Of a stretch of DNA of 48,391 nucleotides, positions 37,698-48,177 are shown piece by piece. The DNA is from Octopus bimaculoides. Its lineage: Eukaryota. The stretch lies in the NCBI RefSeq assembly GCF_001194135.2, contig NC_069002.1, positions 28,439,372 to 28,487,762 on the forward strand, read 5' to 3'. Position 1 is the stretch's first letter. Every line of letters starts with the position of its first letter. The position numbers were made by a program, and so were the translations under genes. Below the pieces are notes generated by a model that was given only the letters and a program-made list of their open reading frames with translations, ran no database searches and was not told where the DNA came from.

Positions 37698-38399
37698 CCC
37701 ATTCAACAATAGTTATATCCAGGGATGTATATTAATGGAGTTGCGCTATTTATGATTGTATATACAGTTGCATAATTTCTATTTTAAGCAACTCCACAGG
37801 TTTTCGCAAGCTACCAGCAGATATCATTTCTGAACCATCTTTTTGCAGTGGGAGGTTTATCTTTACATAATCAAAAATAAAAACGAATAAAATAAATAAA
37901 TAAATAAATAAATAAATAAAAGCGATTTCTCATTAAATGAAGATAATGAATTTTTACTGATTTTCTTTTCATGTAGTTGCTATTAATTTGGAATGTGCAT
38001 GGATATCAAATGAGTTGAGGTGAGACTGCGTACACCGTGGTAGAAACATTTTGCCTATAAAAAAAAAAAACAATTTGCTTTTCATTTTGAAAGTTAATTG
38101 AACAGTTTTGCTATGTCTTGACAAGGGGGAAATGTCGTATCCATGACATAATATTAATTTTATTTTCTAGATTTGAACTTAGCTTTTCGTTTACAATCAC
38201 AGAAAACTAATTTAAATGAGTGCATGTATATTCGTGTTTGTATGTATATCTGCGTGTATATTATATATATATATATATCTGTATGTATGCGTGTGGGCAG
38301 TGTTTATGTATATACATGATGGACTCCCCTGTCGTTAAACGACGTTTGAGGGTTCGACAATTTCTTGCTTGAACAACCGCACAAATGATTTGTTTATAC

Positions 38400-38623
38400 A
38401 GATCAAATGTTTGTTATACAGATCGAAGCTCACTCCCTCCGTCAGATCGATATCATCTGTACAAGTGCAACTGGGTGCCACATGTCAGATGTCAAAATGA
38501 TCGCAGAGCAACGTGGTATGAAGTGCTTTGCTCAAGAACATAACACAACGCAACGCCCGGTCTGGGAATCGAACCCACGATTTCGTAATCTTGAGTTCAA
38601 CACCCCAACCACTTAGCAATGTG

Positions 38624-38624
<1 letters not shown>
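38400..38624 (-). mobile_element. SINE-D
   Basis: gagcaacgtggtatgaagtgctttgctcaagaaca..cccggtctgggaatcgaacccacg..aaccacttag. Confidence 0.7.
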
Positions 38625-38705
<81 letters not shown>

Positions 38706-38750
38706 CACACACACACACATATATATACATGCATACATAGAGAGTGCACG

Positions 38751-39030
38751 ACTGGTACTTATTTTATCGATCACCGAAAGGATGGAAGGCAAAGTCAACC
38801 TCATTTGAATTCAGATCGTAATCTTTTCTACGCTAGACACAAGGCCCGAAATTTTGGGGGAGGAGGGCAGTCGATTAGATTGACCCCAGTACGCAACTGG
38901 TACTTAATTTATCGATCACCGAAAGGATGGAAGGCAAAGCCTATCCCATTTGAATTCAGATCGCAATGACGGACGAAATACCGCTAAGCATTTCGTCCGG
39001 CATGCAAGCGTTTCTGCCAGCTCGTCGTTT
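38751..39030 (-). mobile_element. SINE-A (tail 2) plus a locally duplicated 72-bp body segment
   Basis: Element at 38822-39030; 38751-38822 repeats 38896-38967. Confidence 0.8.
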
Positions 39031-39182
39031 TAAATAATAATAACAATATTTCGAAAGGAAACTCAGAGGACAAATAGCGGTTAATACTCGATTGAAATTT
39101 GGAATTAAAAGCATTTACAGGAAATTCTAAACACATGAACTGTTGTCGTACCTCAAGCGAAATAACACTCCTTAATCACATA

Positions 39183-39349
39183 CAGGGCCGGCTCAAGGGT
39201 ATCAGCGACTCGGGCAGTCTCCCGGGGCACCATGTGCTAGGGGGCGCCAAGGAAGGCGTGACAAAAACAAAGGAATTTCCACAACCATCAGCTTGTACAC
39301 GCCGCAGTTCAGCTTGCCCAGGACGCCAGCAACCCTAGTGCTGGTCCTG
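39183..39349. mobile_element. hAT-type MITE (167 bp) with 8-bp TSD
   Basis: Ends cagggccggctcaagggt and accctagtgctggtcctg are inverted (14/18 match). Flanks are atcacata (39175-39182) and atcacaca (39350-39357). Confidence 0.75.
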
Positions 39350-39913
39350 ATCACACACACACACACACATTTTATGCCGATTATTATAAAAGGAATTTAT
39401 CAATAAACTGGATAAGTACTCAATATTTTTCGAAGAATATATATTTGTTATATCTTTACAAGAAGCACGGTGACAGTTTCTTTGTCTGTCAGTCCGACGA
39501 AAGCTAACAAACCAAAACTTTGAAGTCACTGTCACCACTCTTTTAAAAGTGTTACATAAGTCACAGTTTTCTTTTGGCTGTCAGGTATTTTTTCCGTAGA
39601 TGAAGGTGCATCGAAGATTTTCTGCTTGATGTAAGCGCACAATTATAGCTGTTACTGTTCCTTGGAATAATTTATTGAATTTCACGAAGCAGGGCGTATA
39701 TCTTTTGTATAACCTATGAAAGGTGCCAATTTAACTTATATAAAGATTTAATGCTTTAAGATGGAAGCTAAATTAACTTGTTAGCTGTTAAGCTGTATAA
39801 ATGTAAATTGAATTTTTGCTCTTGCTGCTGATTTTGCTATGAGGTAAAGTGATTCAATGATTGATTAAAATATCTAATGGTATTTTTCCTTCTCTCTCTC
39901 TGTATATTTTCAG

Positions 39914-41931
39914 ATGCCATTTGGACAACGGATCTAGATTTCCTGTTTCATCCAAGAAAGATCTATTCTAACATCCCACGTCCCGAAACAAATGTATCTT
40001 CCTTTCCTAACATTACACAATTCGTTGGCAGTCATGTTCTAATTTTACCAGAACAACCAGTATCACTGAACTTTTGTTACTTCACAACTGCTTTTTTTGC
40101 CTTCTCCACCAGATATTCAGCCATTTTCTGGTACACTAACAAAGTACTTAGTTGCATATTTGCATTACAGCTGTTTTGGCTCACGGTTCACTCTCTCTTT
40201 ACTTTCTGTGGTATGACTATTCTCTATAAAGTCGCCTTCAACAGGTGGGCCTATCCTGATATACCACTTTTGCTTCCTTCTCAAGCTGTTTTAGGACTTT
40301 ATCTTGTCGGGGGATTTTTCTTGATTATATCCACCATTACGATTTTTGAGTATGGCCTTCATTTCTTCGAGGAGAAATTCCGCCTCGTTCTTCAACGACA
40401 TCACCCTGCCTTTGGAAAGGATTATTTTCCAATCAATCGCACGACGTGTCAAGGTTACATTCCGCACTCGTGTGCAATGGTCAGTCTAGTATTTCTGGCT
40501 CTATGTAAAGGACCCATTATTTATGATTTAATCAATGTTTACAGATTGACGCATAGTAGGTTCGTGTTAATATGTGCCATCATTGACGTCACATATATGG
40601 TTCTATGGGTGGCCCTTTGGTCGGTGTTAACTCTGAAACAAAGTTGGCGCTTCAGAATCCTGGACTACGTGTCTGCAGGTCACCCAGTCTTCATGGTTCC
40701 GAGTGACCATATTGTACGTAACCCAAGTTTCGACCAGATTGAGCTAGCTGAGTTACACCGGCGCAAAAGGAGACGGCACCACGGGTCGGTGCCGAGCATG
40801 TCAACGAACAGTGACTGCTGTGACACCGACACAGTTGGTACTATCGAAGAAGAGACGTTATCTCAATTACCGCCCATTGCCGAACATCCTCGAGATGAAC
40901 AAGAATCGACTCTTCCGAATAGTGTTTTGGTACGTAAGATGAATAAATCTCGTAAAGCTGGAATGGCTCGAGTGACATTTGATGAGTCAGTAAATTCTGT
41001 CTCTGAGGACAGAGAAGCACAGAAAAATATAGATATGATCCAAGACGTAGTTAATCGCCTCGAAGCTAATGTTGCTGCCTCGGAAAACGAATCAGGTATA
41101 AGAAACCATGGAAGCAATCAGAGTTTGGGTGAAGGAAGTTCTGCTAGCGACACATCACATAACATTTCTGCTGAGATACACAGCCCGTCCATGGACTGGA
41201 GTCAAATTACAAAAGAATATGAAAAAAGTTTAGAAACTAAAAACTCACCAACATCAATCATTGAAAACAGAGCTTTGGAGTCAAGAGATGGCAGCTTATC
41301 TCATGACTATAAAATGGATTTGCGGAACAAATGTGACCAATATTTCAATCGAAATTGTTTAACTCCTCAGCCTGATAGTCATTTACATGCCGTCCAAGAG
41401 GAAGAAAATGTCCACTTAAACGGAATTGCTAATGACAATCAGCAAAAAGTTGATCGTTCATCAAACAATAAAATGAATAGTGCTAATAACACCAGTAAAC
41501 GAAACACATCTACTGGTGTGGTTAGCAGTAATAACAACAATAACAACGAAGTTTATAAGAGCAAGCTGAACGGTGCTGTTGTGCAACCAACCGATAATAG
41601 CGCTGCTTCGGTTCGTAAGTCAGAAAAGATCTCCTTACTGGAGAAGGACAAGAAAAACTTTAGTACATTTAAATATCCTTATTCGACGGAAAAAATTCGA
41701 CACGCGTCTACATCTCTGGTTAATGATGTCATGCCTCTTCAGAATGGTCACCTCAACAGACCTGATATCGTGCCAAATGATGCCAACAGTAAGTCCTTAC
41801 CAAGACAGGTTTATTTCGTTGCAAAAAACGCTGAAGTTCTTCGTCGTAATTCCGCTAATTCTTGGGTGACGTCCTTGCACGCTACGTCATCATGCCAGTC
41901 AGAACATGGTCGGTTGTGTAGCCAAGTATGA
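39914..41931 (+). CDS. Terminal coding exon (~672 codons) of a Tincar-like multi-pass transmembrane protein; upstream exon(s) not located
   Basis: Only long, non-repetitive ORF (39877-41931, 684 aa). A polypyrimidine tract plus CAG (ctctctctctgtatattttcag, ending 39913) lies 37 nt into the ORF, so the first 12 ORF residues are probably intronic. Entry is phase 1 into (D)AIWTTDLDFLF. About five hydrophobic segments follow (FTTAFFAFSTRYSAIFWYTN; VLSCIFALQLFWLTVHSLFTFCGMTILY; AVLGLYLVGGFFLIISTITIF; CAMVSLVFLALCKGPII; FVLICAIIDVTYMVLWVALWSVLTL), then a Ser/Asn-rich tail. The motifs AIWxTDLDF, RYSAIFWYTNK and KQxWxF match my recollection of Tincar-family proteins; needs a BLAST/HMM check. Confidence 0.85.
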
Positions 41932-42480
41932 ATCGCTACTCATCCAATTATGTCCATCATGGTTCTGCTTTTACCCCCTGTGATGTCTACCGAACACTAA
42001 CCCGCATGTACCGCTTGCATGCATTTTTAATGTGATTTTGTTTTAATATATTTTTCTCCACATGAAATTTCTTTCTGTTTATTTTTTTTAAAATTAAACC
42101 AAAATCCTATGTTATGGGAGAAAGGAAAAATGTATATAAATGCTGGGTGCTCAGACAAAGGCAGTTAAACGAAATTTTACCAATACACAAAATTCGAGGG
42201 TTGCAAATTAAACTTGGAAATACATCTGTGTTATATTTACAAACAAACATGTCTTGTTAATTAGTTATGTTGATAATTAAAAATAAAGAATATTTATTAA
42301 AAAATATTTTCACATTATTGATTTTTCTTCCCTTCACCAAGCTTAAACTGCCCCCGAATTTTGGTTTGGAACATCTATTTAGTTCTTCATGTGTTTGCAT
42401 TATCGCATTTTTGCATGATTTTTTTTTTCTTGTTTGCTCCAGCTTTCAATTATTGATATATTTGTTACTAATAAAATAAA
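41932..42480 (+). other. Probable 3' UTR of the Tincar-like gene
   Basis: AT-rich, free of SINEs, directly after the stop. AATAAA at 42282-42287 and 42470-42480. SINEs resume at ~42550. Confidence 0.5.
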
Positions 42481-42549
42481 ACATAACCTGAAATACTGTG
42501 ACGTAAAGTAGTGACATACATCCACACTCATTACAACTGGTTATCCAGA

Positions 42550-42778
42550 GGCGGCGCGATCTGGTGAACTGTTAACATGCCGGACAGAATGCTTAGCGGC
42601 ATTTCATCCGTCTTTCCGTTCTGAGTCCAAATGCTGCCAAAGCCGACTTTGCGTTTCATCCTCTTACAGTTAATAAAATGAATTACAGTTTAGCATTAGG
42701 CTCGATGTAATCCGCTTAATCCCCCCCCCCCACCACTGAAATTTACTGACATTGGGTCTAAAGTAGAAAGGGTTATTG
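42550..42778 (+). mobile_element. SINE-A, diverged
   Basis: gccggacagaatgcttagcggcatttcatccgtc..gactttgcgtttcatcc. Confidence 0.7.
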
Positions 42779-42781
42779 TAC

Positions 42782-43570
42782 GGTGTTGGATTGGTGGAAT
42801 CGTTAGGGCAGTGTTTCTCAACCTTTCTACCCTTGGTTAACCCTTAAAATAAATTACATGTCTCAAGGACCCCCCCCCACTCCTGCACAAAAAAAAAGAA
42901 ATAATTATATACTGTATCTTTCTCATATTTTTTCATCCATCGTAGTTCACGTGGTAAATATCATATATATATGTGTGTGCGTGTGGTTATTATTATTATT
43001 TTTTTTTTTTATATAACATAATAGGTTAGATAGGATGATGTCTATATTACAATAATCAATAATATGTTGTGCTTGTAAAGTAATACTAAGATCATGAAAT
43101 TAGCATTAGCTTATTACACTCTTTCTCGCGGAACCCCTAGGAACCTTTTGCGGAATCCTAGGATTACGGAGAACCCCGCTTCGGAAAAATGCTTTGCAGT
43201 ATTTCCTCTCGTTCTGAGTCCAAATTCCACCGAGGTGAGATTTGCCTTTCGTTCTTCCAGATTCAACGAAATAAAGTGCCAGCACCGAGTGTCGACACCA
43301 CCAAATAAACCTCACCTCTGCAAATTGCTGGTTTTGTATCTAATTCAGGAACCATTATGGCTGTTTTGCAAAAACACTGCATTGGCAGAGCGTCTTCTAC
43401 AAAAATAGGCGCTTTGCGATATTCTGACTGGTTTGCATTCAGACTTCAAACAACACCGATGTTAACTGATGTCAACTTAACGTTTCAACTTTTCGGGATT
43501 GATAAAACAAAGCACCAGTCATGCATTGTAGTCCAAAATCACTGACCTTGTGTCTAAATTTGAACTATTG
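42782..43570 (+). mobile_element. SINE-A cluster: one copy split by the hAT MITE (42782-42808 and 43182-43345) and one old copy (43385-43570)
   Basis: Homology to the SINE-A head and body either side of the MITE, and again downstream. Confidence 0.6.
42809..43181. mobile_element. hAT/Charlie-like MITE remnant nested in a SINE-A head
   Basis: Starts with the Charlie-type terminus cagtgtttctcaacc and ends with ggaaccc-rich repeats and a truncated right end (gaaccccgctt). It splits SINE-A between gaatcgttag and cggaaaaatgctt. Confidence 0.55.
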
Positions 43571-43696
43571 TTAGTTTCATTTAATTTCCTTGAGATGGTT
43601 TTCTTTTAGGTGAAAGTATAAACTAAAAAGAAAATCTGTATAAAAGCTATTTTATATGAAAACTGTTACAAATATAATACATAATATTAATATTTC

Positions 43697-43998
43697 TTTT
43701 ACTTGCTTGAGTCATCAGACTGCGGCCATGCTGGAGCACCTCCTTGAAGAATTTTAGCCGAAGGAATCAACCCCACTATTAACATTTTTAAAGGCCTGAT
43801 GCTTATTCTATCAGTCTTTTTTCTTTTGCCGAATCGCTATGTTACGGGAATGTAAACATACCATTACACAAGACAGGCTTCTTTCGGTTTTTAACCCGAG
43901 GCTATAGTAGAAGACACTTGCTCAAGGTACCACGCAGCGGGACTGAACCCGGAACCATGCGGTTGGGAAATAAACTTCTTACTACACAGCCACGCATA
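43697..43998 (-). mobile_element. SINE-B with the internal microsatellite region deleted
   Basis: gtaaacatacca is joined directly to acaggcttctttc. Confidence 0.8.
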
Positions 43999-44169
43999 TA
44001 GATATTCAGGAAATATCTTCATTATATACTTTATACGATTTTACTGCTAATTACATTGCGATAGAAACTAGACTGACAAAATATCAAATGGTATTGATAT
44101 TTCTGAAAAATTCTTCGATAATTGGGAATTAATAAGTAATCTGAAATATATTAATCCGCTGGAAAAGAG

Positions 44170-44315
44170 GTGAGGAATACAATCCTCTCTACTATAGGCG
44201 AAAGGCTTGAAAGTTCGGGCGAGGGGGTTAACCAATTACATCGATCCCAGTACTGAACTGGTATTCATTTTATCGACTTTCAAGAGGGTGGAAAGCAAAG
44301 TCGACCTCTGCAGAA
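44170..44315 (-). mobile_element. SINE-A, 5'-truncated
   Basis: attacatcgatcccagtact..aactggtattcattttatcgac..aaagcaaagtcgacctc. Confidence 0.7.
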
Positions 44316-44539
44316 TGGACAAGGAATACAATAATATTTGATTTGATGAATAAGGTTTGTTCATTTCTTTTGAATTTATTCTTTAAATTGTTGTGTGAAC
44401 AGTATGTTGTATTAGCCATTACCATGATTAGGGTTAAATATAGAACATGCGCGTGTAGATAAACATGCGCGTGTAGATAAACACGCGCACAAGCACACAA
44501 ACACAAACACATACACACCAAGACTGCCACAAAGATAAC

Positions 44540-44797
44540 CGCTGGAGCACCGACTTGAAATGTTTAGTCGAACAAATCAACCCTGTATTTATTTTTTAAG
44601 TATGGAACATTCTATCGATTCTCTTTTGTCGAACCGCTATATGACAGGAACGTAAACAAACGAACAACATTTGTAAAGCTGTAGTGAGGGAGGACACACA
44701 CACACATATATATATATATATACACATACATATATATATACACACACACACATACATACATATATATATATACACACACATACATATATATATATAT

Positions 44798-44830
<33 letters not shown>

Positions 44831-45030
44831 CACACGCACACGCACAACGGGTTTCCGCACAGTTTTCGTCTCTCAAGTTCATTCACAAATACATTGTTCA
44901 GCCCCGGGGGGGGGGGGGTCTATATATATGAAGATATTTGCCCAAGGTGCCACTGGGTGTGAATGAACCCGAAACCTCGTGGCTGCAAAGCGTGCTTCTT
45001 GACCAGACAACCAACCATAACTGCGTCTTC
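44540..45030 (-). mobile_element. SINE-B with an expanded compound microsatellite
   Basis: Tail and head flank a (CA)/(TA) mosaic at ~44695-44845. Confidence 0.75.
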
Positions 45031-45950
45031 AAGCCATACTATAATGTCACGAGAAACAAATACGGAGTACGCCCCTCGCGAAAACACAGACATAGCTTTA
45101 ACAGAACACAGGTACACAAACAGACACTATCAAGCAATGTTCTATAATTACCTCTTCTATTGTTCTTTTCCGTTTGAAACTTCTTACTGTCCCTTTAACT
45201 AATCGTCATCTCTAACTTCCGGTCAGTCTTAACATTCGTCAACATATTCTAATATTTCTTTCATCACTAATATTTTTTAAAATTCTTATCCTTGCCTCCT
45301 TTCTCCTTTTCTTACGAAGCGCACGTTACATTAAATATACTTTCATTACCTCATTTTTCTTTCAGCAGTTACACACACAAACTCTCACTCTCACGTGTGT
45401 GTGTCTATGAACATATTACTTTATATTACATAATTTCTTGATCTTCTGTCATTTACTTATGTTTTATTACGCTCTGTACTCAACTAACGCTTCTTTCTGA
45501 AGCATACATGTATTGAGTTCTAACATCAGATTATTACTATCGCTATGTGCCCGAACGAAATAAACATATATATCTATTATATACATACACAAAAACATGT
45601 ACATACGTATATAATATGCATACGAAACACACACGCATTTATGTAAATATATATATATATATATACATATATATTCACACACACACATATGCACATACGT
45701 ACATAATATACATGTGAAAAATTTATATATATAACACTGATATGCACATATCATATACATACACTACACATCTCAGTAATTGAATATATGCAAATGTATT
45801 CATATACATTTATATTTATGCATATATGTATGTTTATATACACAAGTATACAAATACATATACACCTATTAATTGCGTTATACTCAATAAAAAAGAAATT
45901 AACGAAGGCCACAGCAAGATAAAAACTCTGTGCCTTATAAAAAGTATAGC

Positions 45951-45989
<39 letters not shown>

Positions 45990-46147
45990 CATTATTATCA
46001 TTTTTTGTGTGAAAATCTAGCTTACTGAGCACATCTGATTTAAGGTGAGAAATATTAGTCTTTCTAATGGTGTAAATTTATACATATTCAACGAAATTAT
46101 GTTAATATTATATACATACACATACAACCTACATGCTTTATGCATAT

Positions 46148-46480
46148 AGGCGCAAGCGTGGCTGTGTGGTAGAAACTTTACTTCCCAACTACACGGTTTT
46201 GAGTTCAGTCCCATTGCATGGCACCTCGGGCAGGTGTTTTCTATTGTAGCCACGGGCCAACTAAAGCATGATTTGGTAGATGGAAACTGATAGAACACTG
46301 TCCTGTATATAAATATATATTTGTGTGTGATTCATAACCGCTGCTGATGTGTGCTTCCATCACTTAGCGGTTCGTTAAAATAGATAGAAAAAGTACCAGG
46401 CATAATCAATAAGTGCGTCGGGGTCGATTTGTTCGTCTAAAACCCCTTCAAGGTGGCATTTCAATGACCGAAATAAGTTA
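46148..46480 (+). mobile_element. SINE-B, diverged
   Basis: aggcgcaagcgtggctgtgtggtag..ggggtcgatttgttcgtctaa. Confidence 0.8.
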
Positions 46481-46694
46481 AAAGACAGACAGAAAAATTG
46501 AAAACACATATCCAACACACACATACACACGGGCATGCATACAATATACTTATGCATGTACTGTATACCAATTTGTGCATTCGCTTTCTATGACGGCATA
46601 AATTAGAGCCTTTGAGCGGATCCGAACGGGTTAGAGAACCACATCTTGCTCCACTGTCTTAGATTTGGTGTAGTTTCTACTGGTGGATTCCTTA

Positions 46695-46900
46695 CAAATC
46701 GTTGGCACGCGGGGGAAAATACTTAGCAAAATTTCGTCCGTCTTTACGTTCGGAGTTCAAATTCCGCCGAGGTTGACCTTGTCTTTCATCCTTTCTGAGT
46801 CGATAAATTAAGTACCAGTTGAACACTGAGGTCGATGCAATCGACTCCCCCTCCCCACTAATTCCCCGAAATTGCTGGTTTCATGCCAAAATTCGCAGTC
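46695..46900 (+). mobile_element. SINE-A (tail 3)
   Basis: Homologous to 8380-8600. Confidence 0.8.
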
Positions 46901-46919
46901 ATTATTATACGTAATTTTA

Positions 46920-47080
46920 TCTACTTTAGTCGAAGAAATGGACCCCAGAACTTATTCTTTGTAAGCCTAGTACTTATTCTATCGGTCCCTTTTACCGAAC
47001 CGCTAATTTACGGGGACGTAAACACATCAGCATTGGTTGTCAAACGATGGTGGGGGTTACAAACACAGACACACAAACAT

Positions 47081-47114
<34 letters not shown>

Positions 47115-47280
47115 AATATATATATATATACGACAGGCTTTTCAGTTTCTGTCTACCAGATTCACTCGCAAAGCCCGCAGCTACAGTAGAAGATATTTGC
47201 CCAAGGTACTTACGCAGTGAGACTAAACCCAGAACCATGTGGTTTGGAAGCAAGCTCCTTATCACGCAGCCATGTCTGCG

Positions 47281-47283
<3 letters not shown>
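46920..47283 (-). mobile_element. SINE-B
   Basis: tttagtcgaagaaatggaccccag.. to cagccatgtctgcgc. Confidence 0.85.
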
Positions 47284-47355
<72 letters not shown>

Positions 47356-47864
47356 ATAAAATATTCGTAGACAGATAACGCTATATAATTAGGTTCTTTT
47401 TAACAATAAAAACGTAGAAAGAATGAGAATCTGTGTGAGACACAGAGTTAGGTAGAGAAAGACAGGCAGAAATACCACGCACGCTTCCCTGAACTTTCGA
47501 ACTTCTACTGCTTTTTTTTTTTTAAAGCAAAATATCTATTCAAAATATAGTGCACATTATCACACTAAAAACTTAATAATAACAACTAAACATCTTGTGA
47601 GACATTATAACAATGAGTAAAACAAGGCCCTAATGATTTATTTGACATTTCAAAGTCACATTACGAATATTATATAGTTGTTAATAACTTTAATATGCAT
47701 AATATGTAAATAAGAATAATGTAGCTGTTCATAACATTTCACTAAGTGAATTCAGACTTTTTATAAATGTAGGTTAAACTGATTTATTGGAAATATGTTT
47801 TGTGTTGAGAAAAACAGAAATCGAGGTAAAACAGTATTTTCGTTTTTATTAAGTGGATATGATA

Positions 47865-48170
47865 GGCGCTGGCATGGACGAGTGGCAAGAGATTTGCTTG
47901 TCAGTCGCAATGTTCCAGGTTTAGTCCTACTGCGTTGCACGCTGGGCAAAGGTCTTCTGCTATTGCTCCAGGTTGACTGAAGTAGTGCTTCGCAACATCT
48001 TTTTTTTCCTCGCGGTACACCTGATCTAAAGTATAGGAAAAAAACTTATACTCAGGTTACCGGTTGCGGAGCACTGGACTATAAAGCCTTGTGAATGGTA
48101 CACAGAAACAGAAAGAAGTCCGGCGTGCGTGTGTGTCCACGCACCGCTTGACAATCGGTTTTGATTCGCT
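47865..48170 (+). mobile_element. SINE-B, old, with a ~95-bp insertion
   Basis: Head at 47865-47980; the body resumes at ~48078. Confidence 0.6.
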
Positions 48171-48177
48171 TACGTCT

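Noticed and set aside
39877-39913. ATG at 39877 as the gene start (684-aa ORF)
   Set aside because: The first 12 codons are a polypyrimidine tract ending in CAG, and family-like sequence starts exactly at the acceptor. More likely intron read-through.
40863-41117. Antisense 84-aa ORF, and the 98-aa alternate-frame ORF at 41573-41869
   Set aside because: Shadow ORFs of the main exon with no independent evidence.
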